From contig OZ243974.1 of assembly GCA_965214775.1 (NCBI GenBank), forward strand, positions 1,312,001 through 1,376,000: a stretch of 64,000 nt of DNA. The letters run 5' to 3'. The notes under the pieces were generated by a model. That model ran no database searches, had not been told where the DNA came from, and saw only the letters and a list, made by a program, of their open reading frames with translations. Positions 38,886 through 48,948 of this stretch are shown here, one piece after another. The position numbers were made by a program, and so were the translations under genes. Within the stretch, counting starts at the first letter, position 1, and the number at the start of each line of letters is the position of its first letter. The stretch is from Nitrosopumilus sp. GTDB lineage: Archaea; Thermoproteota; Nitrososphaeria; Nitrososphaerales; Nitrosopumilaceae.

Positions 38886-39015
38886 GGGGTTGTCGTCTAA
38901 TTCATCAGAATTCCTGAAAACCATTGAGATGCCATGTGGATCAGGCGTGCACAAGGGCAGAAATTCAGAAAAACGTGCAGATTGAGTCAAATAGATGGAA
39001 TTAGGCGACAACTCC
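38886..39015. mobile_element. MITE family B, reverse-oriented copy
   Basis: TIR ggggttgtcgtctaattc / gaattaggcgacaactcc; 9-bp TSD catcaaaca. Confidence 0.9.
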
Positions 39016-39043
39016 CATCAAACATGCAGAGACTCCCAGAATG

Positions 39044-39138
39044 GGTACGAGGTCACCTACCACTGCCAATCAGGCACGAATTGGCATCTGTGACTATGAT
39101 TTTCACGCCTAGCCAACAGGGGGACGTGACCACATACC
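39044..39138. mobile_element. 95-bp MITE, family C
   Basis: TIR ggtacgaggtcac / gtgaccacatacc; 6-bp TSD agaatg. Core resembles the reverse complement of 60181-60300. Confidence 0.75.
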
Positions 39139-39563
39139 AGAATGGCGTTCCGGAGCCGGGAGGCCACAGAAGCGATCAGGAAAAGCGACCCCAAATGGAT
39201 GGAGAAGGATACTAATGAGATGCGGAACTAATTTTCATATGAAACACGTAATCGGCACAGATCAAAAAAGTCAGGCAGTTTTTACGGCATTTTTGGTAAA
39301 TACGCACAAGGTCTAATGGACTAACTACGCTAAAGGGCCCGGACGTTTTAACATAGATGGTTACCATTTTATCTGGCGGTGGTAATTTGAGAAAATTTCC
39401 AGCATGCCTGTGCAATTTTTTAATATATCCAAAAAACTTTTCCTCTTTGTCCTTTTTTCTAAATCTTCTTTTCCTTTTCTAATTTTATCAAAATTTCCCA
39501 CCATGACGGCTGAGAAAAATATGATTCAAAACATTACGAGATGCATAGTCAATGTTATGATGA

Positions 39564-41732
39564 CTATCTATAATATGATGCTACTAGTTTTTCGCCAATC
39601 TTGAGGTCTTTTTGTTCCCTTACCTTCTTTACTGCTTCCTCAAAGTGCTTCATGGTTACCTTGGCCTTGATGCTGCTTTTCTCCACATCTTTGACGTCTG
39701 GATGCTTGTCCAGGAATTCATGAATGACTAGTGAAACTGCGGTATTTGCAATTGATGAAGTGTCTGCCCCGCTCATTCCGTCTGTAATCTCTGCAATCTT
39801 TTCCATGTCTACGTCATCACCAACTGGAATCTTTTCTGCATTGATTTCCAATATCCGCCTTCTGCTTTCCTTGTCTGGATTCGGAACCTGGATGATCTTG
39901 TCAAATCTTCCCGGTCTTAGCAGCGCAGGATCGATCATGTCTGCCCTGTTTGTTGCAGCCAAGACAACTACTCCGTGCATGTTTTCCATTCCGTCTAGTT
40001 CTGTCAATAATTGGCTTACGACTCTCTCAGTCACTGCGGTTTCTCCCCCTGCCCCTCTAATCGGTGCAATGGAATCTATTTCGTCAAAGAAAACCACACA
40101 TGGTGCAGACTGCCTTGCTCTCTTGAAAATCTCCCTGATTCCTCTTTCTGATTCACCGACCCATTTGGAAAGTAGCTCAGGACCTCTGACGGAAACAAAA
40201 TTTGCTTCACTTTGTGTTGCAACTGCTTTGGCAAGCAATGTCTTGCCGGTACCGCTTGGACCGTGAAGTAAAATTCCTCTTGGCATACTGTGACCCAGTT
40301 TATCGTAAAGACTGGGGTATTTCATTGGCCATTCGACTGCTTCTTGCAATTCCCGCTTTACTTCTTCCAGACCTCCGACTTCCTCCCATTTGACATCAGG
40401 ATTTTCAATGAACACCTCTCTCATTCCGGATGGCGTTACCTCGATGAGTGCTTTTGTAAAGTCCTCGTGATTTACTATCAATTTGTCAAGTGTCTCTGGC
40501 GGGATCTTTTCTTCTTCTAAGTTAAGAATAGGCAGTAACCTTCTCAAACATTTCATTGCTGCCTCCTTGCACAAGTATTCCAAGTCCGCGCCAACATATC
40601 CGTGGCTGATTCCTGAAATTTTATCGATATTTACGTCATCAGATAACGGCATGTTTCTGCTGTGAATTGCAAGGATGTCTTTCCGACCTTTTTTATCCGG
40701 AACCTTGATCTCGATTTCCCTGTCAAATCTGCCAGGCCTTCTAAGTGCGGGATCTATTGCATTTGGCCTGTTTGTGGCAGAAATTACAATTACCTTGCCT
40801 CTTGCCTCCAATCCGTCCATTAATGACAACATTTGAGAAACAACCCTTCGCTCCACTTCGCCGGTAACCTCCTCTCTTTTTGGTGCAATAGAGTCAATTT
40901 CATCTACGAATATTATTGACGGGGCCTTTTCCCTTGCCTCTTTGAAAATTTCTCTCAGCCTTGCTTCACTCTCGCCATAGAACTTGCTCATAATTTCTGG
41001 ACCTGAAATGCTGATAAAGTGCGCATTACTTTCATTTGCAACTGCTTTGGCAAGTAACGTCTTGCCTGTTCCGGGAGGGCCATAAAGCAAAACTCCCTTT
41101 GGGGCTTCAATTCCCAGCTTTTCAAAAATCTCAGGATGCCTTAACGGCAATTCAATCATCTCTCTAACTTTCTTGATCTCATCTGTCAATCCGCCAATGT
41201 CTTCATAAGTTACTTGAGGTACGCCGCGCAGAGTCTCCCCTTTTTCAGCAATGTGGAATACTGTCTTTTGAGTAACCAGAACAGCATCAGCTGCCGGGGT
41301 TACTCCAATTACCTGAAACGTTAGCCGTCCGCCAAAGTATGGAACCATCACGTTGTCTCCTTTTATGAGCGGCACGCTTTCTAATGCATCGGCAAGATAT
41401 CTCTCATCAATTGGCGGGATTGCCTCAAGTGGCGCGACTACGATTTTTTCGGCTGCAACTGCCTTGATTTTTCTGACAGAAATCGTATCCCCGATTGCAA
41501 TCCCTGAATTGTTTCTGCCCAGTCCGTCGATTCTTATGATTCCTTTGCCCTCGTCTGAAGGGTAAAGCGGCAGACATTTTGCAACCGTTCTCCTTTTACC
41601 CTTGATCTCAATCACATCGCCTGTTGAGGCATTAAGCGTATCCATCGAGTCATAATCAATTCTAGCAACGCCCCTTCCTACATCCCTGGTATATGCTTCT
41701 AGAACCTTGAGAGAAAGAGCGTTTTGACTCAT
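39564..41732 (-). CDS. cdc48: CDC48/VCP-family AAA ATPase
   Basis: [11 protein letters not shown]-domain and two AAA modules ([16 protein letters not shown]; RPGRFD twice). Confidence 0.96.
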   Translation of the reverse strand: MSQNALSLKVLEAYTRDVGRGVARIDYDSMDTLNASTGDVIEIKGKRRTVAKCLPLYPSDEGKGIIRIDGLGRNNSGIAIGDTISVRKIKAVAAEKIVVAPLEAIPPIDERYLADALESVPLIKGDNVMVPYFGGRLTFQVIGVTPAADAVLVTQKTVFHIAEKGETLRGVPQVTYEDIGGLTDEIKKVREMIELPLRHPEIFEKLGIEAPKGVLLYGPPGTGKTLLAKAVANESNAHFISISGPEIMSKFYGESEARLREIFKEAREKAPSIIFVDEIDSIAPKREEVTGEVERRVVSQMLSLMDGLEARGKVIVISATNRPNAIDPALRRPGRFDREIEIKVPDKKGRKDILAIHSRNMPLSDDVNIDKISGISHGYVGADLEYLCKEAAMKCLRRLLPILNLEEEKIPPETLDKLIVNHEDFTKALIEVTPSGMREVFIENPDVKWEEVGGLEEVKRELQEAVEWPMKYPSLYDKLGHSMPRGILLHGPSGTGKTLLAKAVATQSEANFVSVRGPELLSKWVGESERGIREIFKRARQSAPCVVFFDEIDSIAPIRGAGGETAVTERVVSQLLTELDGMENMHGVVVLAATNRADMIDPALLRPGRFDKIIQVPNPDKESRRRILEINAEKIPVGDDVDMEKIAEITDGMSGADTSSIANTAVSLVIHEFLDKHPDVKDVEKSSIKAKVTMKHFEEAVKKVREQKDLKIGEKLVASYYR

Positions 41733-41859
41733 ACAGAAAAGCCCCGTGTCCATTTTTTATATCTTTGTGGCAATCATCCTCCTCCCCAAATTATGGCAAA
41801 GCCAAACCTGAAAATCTAATCACAAGCTTAAAATTCTCTGAGCGTCAGAAACCATCAAC

Positions 41860-42594
41860 TTGGGCAAGAGACCGCTGGTGAGGAGAAGGGGCCGTGGAGG
41901 CAACCAGTTTAGATCTACATCTACTGGCAAAGTAGGCACCAAGGCAAACTATCCCCGTTTTCTATTGTCTGAACAACATGAAGGCAAAATCATAGATCTG
42001 GTTCATGAACGTGGAAGAGAAGCCCCTCTGGCAAAAGTCCGTTTTGAAGACGGCTCAATCTCGTTTGTTCCGGCAGTACTGGGTGCCAAAGTCGGCGAAA
42101 CATTGCATTTTGGATTAAAATCAAAGATTGAGCAGGGAAATGTCATCAGTATCCAGAATATTCCTGACGGAACCGTTGTCTGTAACATTGAAAAACACTT
42201 TGGCGACGGTGGAGCAATCGTTAAATCCGCAGGAACCAACGCGACAATCTTCTCCCATGGGGAAGAAGGTGTCACTGTGAAACTGCCCTCCGGGAGATTT
42301 ACTACGCTTAATCCGAAAAATCGAGCAATGATAGGAACTCTTGCCGGCGGCGGTGTCAGTGAAAGGCCGTTTATGAGTGCCGGCGGAAAGTGGAGAAATT
42401 TCAAGGCTAAAGGCAAGAAATATCCGATTGTCAGGGGCGTTGCCCAGGCAGCTTATGCCCACCCTCATGGTGGTGGCCGTCACCAGCACGTTGGCCAAAG
42501 TTCCACTGTCTCAAGGGATGCCCCGCCGGGAGCAAAAGTTGGAAGCATTGCAGCTAGAAAGACTGGCAGGGCAAGAATTAAAGAAAGAAAGTAA
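41860..42594 (+). CDS. rpl2: 50S ribosomal protein L2 (uL2)
   Basis: MGKR...RRRGRGG and VRGVAQ....HPHGGG..QH.G motifs. Confidence 0.97.
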   Translation: MGKRPLVRRRGRGGNQFRSTSTGKVGTKANYPRFLLSEQHEGKIIDLVHERGREAPLAKVRFEDGSISFVPAVLGAKVGETLHFGLKSKIEQGNVISIQNIPDGTVVCNIEKHFGDGGAIVKSAGTNATIFSHGEEGVTVKLPSGRFTTLNPKNRAMIGTLAGGGVSERPFMSAGGKWRNFKAKGKKYPIVRGVAQAAYAHPHGGGRHQHVGQSSTVSRDAPPGAKVGSIAARKTGRARIKERK

Positions 42595-42643
42595 CTTTTT
42601 TTCCAAGCCAAAATTGATTAATAGCTCGTAAAAAGACACCCTG

Positions 42644-42922
42644 TTGGCAAACCAGCGAATCCGCATTTTTGTAACCGGAAAGGTACAAGGTGTGTTTTTT
42701 CGTCAAGCCCTTAAGGTCATGGCCAAAAAAAATGACGTGCTTGGTTGGGTTAAAAATTTGAAAGATGGCCGGGTCGAAGCAGTCTTGGAAGGAGACAGGG
42801 AGAAAGTCGGCAGGCTGATTGAATGGGCACATGGGGGCCCGGCCAATGCCAGAGTGGAGGACGTTGAAATCAGAAATGAAGAGTTTGCCGGAGAGTTCTC
42901 AAAATTTGACGTTCTGTATTAG
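42644..42922 (+). CDS. acyP: Acylphosphatase
   Basis: VTGKVQGVFFR, GWVKNL.DGRVE and GP..ARVE motifs. Confidence 0.95.
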   Translation: MANQRIRIFVTGKVQGVFFRQALKVMAKKNDVLGWVKNLKDGRVEAVLEGDREKVGRLIEWAHGGPANARVEDVEIRNEEFAGEFSKFDVLY

Positions 42923-43257
42923 TGAATTTCCTCGTAAGCTTCTCTGATAATGCTTCCAAACTCTGAAATCGGCCGCTCTTTTTTTACTTGAACTGTTTGA
43001 ATCGGAGCCTTTCTGTTTTTTTGGATTTTAATAACGACTCCGTCGCTTTCAGGCTGGACGTCGGCAAACCATCTAAAAGTCATTGATTTGCAGAAGACGA
43101 CTCTGTGCATTCTTACGTCTTCAACAACATTCCCTCCCAATGAAAAACAAAACTCCCTGATTTCGTCAAAGAACGGCAGTATCTGAACGGGAATCTGTCT
43201 TTTAAAGTCTTCATAGCTTCGTTTGCTCCCACTCCCAAAGGAGACCATTCCTTCCAT
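42919..43257 (-). CDS. Hypothetical protein (possibly DUF5655/YdhG-like fold)
   Basis: Compact 112-aa ORF with host-like composition, ending IIREAYE. Confidence 0.65.
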   Translation of the reverse strand: MEGMVSFGSGSKRSYEDFKRQIPVQILPFFDEIREFCFSLGGNVVEDVRMHRVVFCKSMTFRWFADVQPESDGVVIKIQKNRKAPIQTVQVKKERPISEFGSIIREAYEEIH

Positions 43258-43288
43258 GTCTTTGCAAACAATGTTTAGAGTATAATAA

Positions 43289-43606
43289 TGGTAGCAGATC
43301 TGCCGGTTCCACTCTAGACGGACAGCCCCATTTCAAGGCATACAAGATCCGCCACGTTGACGAGGAAGCGCGGATGCCCCACCTTAGGATTGCTCCCTCC
43401 CGGACCTCATCCCTTTCAGCGGTTCGGTCTTAGAAGTCATCCCTTCGGATAATTCCAGTCCTGCAACCGCCCGCCTCGGCGTGATTTCATTTCCGCACAC
43501 CAAGCGGGAATTGCCCATCTAGGGATTTATCCGGCAGTTGCTGATCTCTGCATATAGCCGGTTTCAGAATGGGGCACGGCTGGCACCCCGATCCTACCTG
43601 CTACCA
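43289..43606 (-). ncRNA. ffs: Archaeal signal recognition particle (7S) RNA
   Basis: About 318 nt, GC-rich and intergenic. The ends pair (tggtagcag / ctgctacca), a helix-8-like ggtccgggagggagcaatcctaagg is present, and there are Alu-like hairpins at the 5' end. Confidence 0.88.
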
Positions 43607-43637
43607 CACTTTCTAAACCATGCATGTTATATTTGCA

Positions 43638-44552
43638 TTAGCTTTGGTTCTCTCTTAATTTCAAGACCATATTACAGACTGAACATACATTTCCAGTGCA
43701 TCCATTCCCACATTTCTCACAAACTGCCTTTTGTTTGTAGTTTGATTCTTTTACGATTTCAGACAGTCTGATAACGGACTGACCCAGGCTATTTTTGATG
43801 CCGCTATGATCCCTTTCCAGCGAATTTAGGAATTCCCTGATCTCTGTCCTTATTCCCTCGTTCATATGAGGACATGGCTCTGATTGAAATGGAATGTTGT
43901 TTGTAAACGCATAAAACACAACCTCTTCCTCATAAATCTCGCAAAACGGCTTTATTTTTCTAAAGGTATTGTTTGACGTATCCGGGTTCATCCACCCGAT
44001 CCGGTTTGTATCCCCTGAAAGCATGTTGATTACAAATGTCTGAAGCGTATCATCCAGGTTGTGACCTGTTGCGACAACATCCGCACCTATGTCTTTTGCC
44101 GCATGATCAATTGCGCGCCTTCTTAACGTTCCACATATTGTACATGACGATGTCTTTTCGCTTTCCCTCAAATCAAGTGCCTGATCTAATGTCATATCAA
44201 AGAGATCCTTGTAAGAGTATACTTTGTGCCCGACACTTAATTTATTGCAAAACTTTTCAACAATTTCCAGTGCCTCGTTTCTGTACCCCGGAATGCCTTC
44301 GTCAATAGTTATTGCCTTGATCCTGAAATTGTGGCTGTTTGACATCTCCTGCATTATCTTTAACAGTGCCAAGGAATCTTTTCCACCAGAAACGGCAACT
44401 GCTACTGACTCGTCATTTTTTATCATGTTGAATTTTGAAATGGTTTTCGCGGTTTTTCTGACAATTGAATCTGAAAAGCACGTTGAGCATAGCTGTACCC
44501 CGGAATATTTCCTTGTGTAGGCTGCCTGATCCTGGCATCTGTCACACTGCAT
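43638..44552 (-). CDS. tRNA 2-thiolation protein (TtuA/Ncs6 family)
   Basis: Terminal zinc fingers, AVSGGKDS PP-loop, CTICG.LRR and TGHNLDD motifs. Confidence 0.9.
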   Translation of the reverse strand: MQCDRCQDQAAYTRKYSGVQLCSTCFSDSIVRKTAKTISKFNMIKNDESVAVAVSGGKDSLALLKIMQEMSNSHNFRIKAITIDEGIPGYRNEALEIVEKFCNKLSVGHKVYSYKDLFDMTLDQALDLRESEKTSSCTICGTLRRRAIDHAAKDIGADVVATGHNLDDTLQTFVINMLSGDTNRIGWMNPDTSNNTFRKIKPFCEIYEEEVVFYAFTNNIPFQSEPCPHMNEGIRTEIREFLNSLERDHSGIKNSLGQSVIRLSEIVKESNYKQKAVCEKCGNGCTGNVCSVCNMVLKLRENQS

Positions 44553-44609
44553 AAGCTAGAATGTTTTTTTTCATTAATGATTCTTTAGGTGGTGCCGGTA
44601 CCATGCCAT

Positions 44610-45806
44610 CTAAATTGTAAACCAGCCTGATTTCATATAGGACAGGGCAATATTCAGTCCAAACAATACGAGTGTAAACGCATAGATTCCCCACATTACC
44701 CCGTTTACTGCGCCGTCTGAAATTTGCTTGTCGATAATGGTGTGAATGAATTTGCCCCCGTCTAAAATTGGCAGTGGAAGCATATTGATAATCCCGATAA
44801 AAAAGGAGATCATCCACAACCACAACAAGAACATTGAGACGTTGGGATCATTCCATTCAATAAAGTCCATTACGGGCTTGTATGCAAACGTATTGTCCCT
44901 CATAATGCCAATCAAGCCCCTTTGGGGATCATCTTGTGCCGGTGTAATCTCCACATCAAAGTTTAACGGCTGTCCGTCTCTGAGAACTGAGACGTTTGCA
45001 ATCTCCCCGGGACTCAAACGCGGAAAGTCTGCCGGACTTAATATCTGAATGTCATTAATTGACGTGATGATGTCATTTGCCATCAGTCCGGCTTTTTCAG
45101 CGCCGGAATTTTCTATGACTGATAATACCAAAACCCCTTCAGGCAAATCATAAAAGGTACTCAATAGCGGTTCTGGCAGTACCATTGCAAAAAACGGGTT
45201 TGTAAGCAAAATTGCCCCCAGAGCAAACGCAAAAATAACATTTGAAGTCGCTCCTGCCCCTATGACCCGAAGTTTTGAAATCTTTTTTGCCCTTCCAAAC
45301 TCCTCGTCATCAGGCTCTACAAATCCTGCAAACATTGCGATAAATATTGCAAATCCCCCTGTCTTGATCCTTATTTTTTCTAATGCCGCCACGATTCCAT
45401 GGGCGCCTTCATGAATGACTAGCACAATCGGGATGGACAAAAGAAAATACGTAATTGATGCCGATGATGTCAGTGTGACTCCCGGAATCAGCACTGTTAA
45501 TTCTGAAAACTCGTTTTGTGCAACAAAAAAGTTTGTAACGTTATTTATCAAAAACCAAAATGCAAATCCCATCATTGCAAACCCTGCAACAACGCTTACA
45601 TCGGCAAATACCCGTATGCCTCTTCTTGTTCTGCCAAGCATTTTTAGTAGTGCAGAGTTGACGCTCTTGTTTTTGTAAGTTAGGCTGTATGCCTTGATCT
45701 CAAATCCATATCTTTCAAGTTTTAGCCCCTTTGCAATCACGACAATCACGACCCAGGCAATCAAGACATAGATGATCGAATTTTGTGTAATAAAATCATG
45801 TTCCAA
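44610..45806 (-). CDS. Site-2 protease (M50) with PDZ domain
   Basis: HEGAHG and NMLPLPILDGG motifs; probable TTG start 45806. Confidence 0.92.
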   Translation of the reverse strand: MEHDFITQNSIIYVLIAWVVIVVIAKGLKLERYGFEIKAYSLTYKNKSVNSALLKMLGRTRRGIRVFADVSVVAGFAMMGFAFWFLINNVTNFFVAQNEFSELTVLIPGVTLTSSASITYFLLSIPIVLVIHEGAHGIVAALEKIRIKTGGFAIFIAMFAGFVEPDDEEFGRAKKISKLRVIGAGATSNVIFAFALGAILLTNPFFAMVLPEPLLSTFYDLPEGVLVLSVIENSGAEKAGLMANDIITSINDIQILSPADFPRLSPGEIANVSVLRDGQPLNFDVEITPAQDDPQRGLIGIMRDNTFAYKPVMDFIEWNDPNVSMFLLWLWMISFFIGIINMLPLPILDGGKFIHTIIDKQISDGAVNGVMWGIYAFTLVLFGLNIALSYMKSGWFTI

Positions 45807-45853
45807 ACTAATTGCTAATTTTTTTATTAAAGTACGCACATTTATCGGTTACT

Positions 45854-46165
45854 ATGAAGCCGGTCATAATCATCTCAACGTATCCCGACAAAAAATCTGT
45901 GACAAAAATTGCAAGAATGCTTGTCAAAAGCAAGACAAGCGCATGCGTAAACATATCAAAAATTTCGTCAATCTATTCCTGGAATGATAAAATAGAAGAC
46001 TCTTCAGAGTATCTGGCAATTTTTAAAACCACGTCAAAAAACAAAGAGTTGCTCAGGCAGAAAATAGCAGAAACCCACCCTTATGACGTCCCTGAAATCG
46101 CAGAAGTTGACGTATCCTCAGTCAACAAGCCGTATTTGGATTGGCTGACAGACTCGACAACCTAG
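45854..46165 (+). CDS. cutA: Divalent-cation tolerance protein CutA
   Basis: ACVNI...SSIYSW and HPYDVPEI motifs. Confidence 0.93.
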   Translation: MKPVIIISTYPDKKSVTKIARMLVKSKTSACVNISKISSIYSWNDKIEDSSEYLAIFKTTSKNKELLRQKIAETHPYDVPEIAEVDVSSVNKPYLDWLTDSTT

Positions 46166-47214
46166 GACTCGATGGGATATCTTAGCAGTGAAACGATTCC
46201 GCCCAATCCTGTCACTCTGAGACCGATATCTGTAGTTGCATCAACGCTGTAGATCTTTGCCCCTTTGGCCTCGGCGTCATTTAGAAAGTCTATCATTTGC
46301 TGCTCATTGTTTTCTTGAATTGCCTTGTCTGAAAATACCATGGAATCCACTGCACCCATCTGGTTTGCCGTAAAAGTTTCCTCAAACCCCATTGAAAATT
46401 TTCGACTTTTTTTGTTTGCAAGGGCCATCACCTTATCAATGATTGAAGACACCCTTGCTAGTTTACTGTCTGACATTATTTCTTTCATGACCTGTGATTT
46501 TGTAAATGTGAAAATGCCGTCTTCCCCCCCCGAGTCTATTCCTTCTGCAATCCGTATTCCCGATTTTTGAAACTCTTGTGATTTTTGAAGAAAGTTTGAA
46601 AATCGTTTTTTAGTTTCCCCTGGGCCGAAAATAATTATTGAATCGTTGCCTTTTTTTGCCGTTGAAACAGATTTGTGCACTCTTTCAAAGAATTTCTCTA
46701 TGTTAAAACTGGTCTTGTATCTTTTTCCCCCAGAGCCCGAATAGATATTTGGAAAAAATTCCAGGTGAGTACCTTTCAACCTTCCTATGCCACAGTCTGC
46801 AGTGTCAATTGCTACTAGTACAAATCCTGCTTGATTGTCGTTTGATGCAAGCAATTTTCTCCCTATTGGGCTCCACTTTTTCTTGAAAATCGTGATTCCA
46901 TCGCCGATTCTGAGTGTAAGTGAATGGTGTGATCCGTGCGGGACTGCCTCGTTGTCTGACTCTGAAATGGTTCCGCCTATACGCAGCCTGTCTAAAACAT
47001 CATCAAGAGATATTTTTTCAACGATTAGGGCAATTCTGACTCTGATCCGCTGGCCTTTGTCGGGCCTGGAATAGTCTTTTTCTTGTTTTAATACACGCGT
47101 TGTATCGCCTGTCACTCTGTCGGTCTCTTTGATGATCCTTCTCAAATTCAAAAGATCGTCTGAATCTTCGGCAATTACAGAAATTGAATTCTCGTCAATC
47201 TTTTTTGTTATCAT
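46162..47214 (-). CDS. pelA: mRNA surveillance protein Pelota
   Basis: EDSDDL.NL..II...D.V...TTR, RLRI.G.I, GSHHSL, GPG and GLGGI..LLRY motifs. Confidence 0.92.
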   Translation of the reverse strand: MITKKIDENSISVIAEDSDDLLNLRRIIKETDRVTGDTTRVLKQEKDYSRPDKGQRIRVRIALIVEKISLDDVLDRLRIGGTISESDNEAVPHGSHHSLTLRIGDGITIFKKKWSPIGRKLLASNDNQAGFVLVAIDTADCGIGRLKGTHLEFFPNIYSGSGGKRYKTSFNIEKFFERVHKSVSTAKKGNDSIIIFGPGETKKRFSNFLQKSQEFQKSGIRIAEGIDSGGEDGIFTFTKSQVMKEIMSDSKLARVSSIIDKVMALANKKSRKFSMGFEETFTANQMGAVDSMVFSDKAIQENNEQQMIDFLNDAEAKGAKIYSVDATTDIGLRVTGLGGIVSLLRYPIES

Positions 47215-47246
47215 GGTATGGATTAAGAGTACACCAAAAAAAGAGT

Positions 47247-47735
47247 TTATCTAGTTTCCTCGGCAAGTTTTGACTCTTCAGATTTCCTCTTAAGGTAGCT
47301 TTCTACCCAATCCAAGGTAAGAACCCCTGTCTCAGCCAAATTTGTCAGGGAATTGGCAGAAGCCTCTCCTACAACTTTGCCGTGATTCCTTTTTAATTGG
47401 CGCCACTTGAGTGAGGTATTTCCGCTTTTAGAATTGTAAATTATTCCTAATATGTCTCTTGCATTAACAAACGTGATGTCCCTTATTTTTTTCAGAGTCA
47501 CTTTGTCTGCTGCCTCGACATAAATTGAGCCCAAGCTGTCTTCTCTTTCTGCAAACACTTCAAAGTCGTCAAGATAACTTCTTGGCGCATAGGACTTGCA
47601 TGTGCTGGAAATTATGAACCTTCTAAAACTTTCCAGTGAGGCGGGGGTGTCAATTACAACCATTTTGAATGACTGATCCATTGGCCATTTATCAAGCTTC
47701 GTGAAAGACTCAAAAGGAATATCTGCCTCAAACAT
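47247..47735 (-). CDS. Hypothetical protein
   Basis: 162-aa ORF with host-like composition; no motif recognised. Confidence 0.7.
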   Translation of the reverse strand: MFEADIPFESFTKLDKWPMDQSFKMVVIDTPASLESFRRFIISSTCKSYAPRSYLDDFEVFAEREDSLGSIYVEAADKVTLKKIRDITFVNARDILGIIYNSKSGNTSLKWRQLKRNHGKVVGEASANSLTNLAETGVLTLDWVESYLKRKSEESKLAEETR

Positions 47736-47841
47736 GGCTGGCAGGCAGTGATGACCATATCCCTTTGAAATGATAATGATGAGGATCTTGAGTTCTGAGC
47801 CTGCCTTAGGTTTTTAATTGACGCAGATCATTGAAAAACCT

Positions 47842-48261
47842 ATGAAATCATTGACTCAATACATGACATTTAACGTAAAATCCAGACGAGGCTTTCTTAA
47901 CATCACCCCTGATGTCAGGAAACTTGTTACAAAAAGCAAAGTTCGGGAGGGACTCTGCCTGGTTAATGCAATGCATATCACTGCCAGTATCTTCATAAAT
48001 GACAATGAAAGCGGGTTGCATCATGACTATGAAAAATGGCTGGAAGGTTTGGCGCCTCATGAGCCCATAGGGCAATACAAACACAACGATACCGGCGAGG
48101 ATAACGCAGATGCCCATCTAAAACGTCAAGTTATGGGAAGAGAAGTCGTTGTTGCAGTTACAAACGGCAAGTTGGATTTTGGTCCGTGGGAACAAATCTT
48201 CTATGGGGAATTTGACGGCAGACGACCAAAAAGAGTCTTGGTAAAAATTATTGGCCAATAA
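47842..48261 (+). CDS. yjbQ: YjbQ/UPF0047 family protein
   Basis: [24 protein letters not shown] and G.WEQIFY.EFDG.R motifs. Confidence 0.9.
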   Translation: MKSLTQYMTFNVKSRRGFLNITPDVRKLVTKSKVREGLCLVNAMHITASIFINDNESGLHHDYEKWLEGLAPHEPIGQYKHNDTGEDNADAHLKRQVMGREVVVAVTNGKLDFGPWEQIFYGEFDGRRPKRVLVKIIGQ

Positions 48262-48266
48262 GCAAC

Positions 48267-48431
48267 TCATCCAAAGTCTGCATCACGTTTTTGACTTTGT
48301 GATTCATTCTTTCTTGCAGCTGCCCTGAATTCTTCATCATGGTTCTGGGGGCCATGCCCGCATCTCACGCATGCCATCTTGAACCCGTATCCGTCTTTTT
48401 CATATGTTTCACAGCCGCAAAAACATGCCAT
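48267..48431 (-). CDS. 54-aa Cys/His-rich putative metal-binding protein (not in the ORF track)
   Basis: MACFCGCETYEKDGYGFKMACVRCGHGPQNHDEEFRAAARKNESQSQKRDADFG*; fills the gap between yjbQ and the DtxR-family gene. Confidence 0.7.
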   Translation of the reverse strand: MACFCGCETYEKDGYGFKMACVRCGHGPQNHDEEFRAAARKNESQSQKRDADFG

Positions 48432-48475
48432 AATTCAACTAGAAACCGTGATGATATATCCCTTGGGATGGGAAT

Positions 48476-48946
48476 TTAACTTCCTTGGCAACATTCGCCC
48501 ATTGGAATGTCATGATCATGCGGGCATTTTCTTGGGTGTTTTAGCATTGTACATAGCGCATCTGTAAACTGCTTGTTCATATGGTGCTCAATTCCGCAAA
48601 CCATCTCTTCATCTATTGCAACTTTGAGCGCACTGTCCATCAAAACCTCAAGCAATCTGCTGTTTCTCATCATGCTGGCCCCTATCTTCTCGCCATCTTC
48701 GGTCAGTCTTACCCCTGCCTTGTTGTATGTGACTAGATTTTGTCCATTCAATTTTTTGAGCATTTGAACAACACTGGGCTGCCTTACGTTCAACATTTTT
48801 GCAATGGTGCTAATCTTGACTTCCCCTCCCCTCTCTTTGATGTGCCAGATTGCTTTGAGATACATCTCCACATGTTCGGCTTCGGCAGTTCCTACAAACA
48901 GAATTTCATCATTATCGTCATTATTATCATCATTTAACACGTCCAT
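48476..48946 (-). CDS. DtxR/MntR-family metal-dependent regulator
   Basis: EMYLKAIW, IAKMLNV.QPSV.QML.KL, RLLE, C.IEH and CPH...IP motifs. Confidence 0.92.
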   Translation of the reverse strand: MDVLNDDNNDDNDEILFVGTAEAEHVEMYLKAIWHIKERGGEVKISTIAKMLNVRQPSVVQMLKKLNGQNLVTYNKAGVRLTEDGEKIGASMMRNSRLLEVLMDSALKVAIDEEMVCGIEHHMNKQFTDALCTMLKHPRKCPHDHDIPMGECCQGS

Positions 48947-48948
48947 AA

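Larger units (their letters stand above)
37492..39246 (+). pseudogene. Decayed IS481 copy (3' half) hosting three later insertions
   Basis: LVLRKAIRQFGTS|AQILSDNGSCFT reads continuously across the younger IS481. Remnants NSRPHP.. and FYNERRTHWSLDI are present, plus a right-end-like taattttcatatgaaaca. Confidence 0.8.

Noticed and set aside
39250-39604. ORFs 39212-39415 and 39404-39604
   Set aside because: AT-rich low-complexity intergenic sequence overlapping the cdc48 stop or IS remnant; no coding signal.
43289-43606. RNase P RNA or a novel ncRNA
   Set aside because: No GAGGAAAGTCC-type RNase P P4 motif; size, end pairing and the helix-8-like motif fit archaeal SRP RNA.
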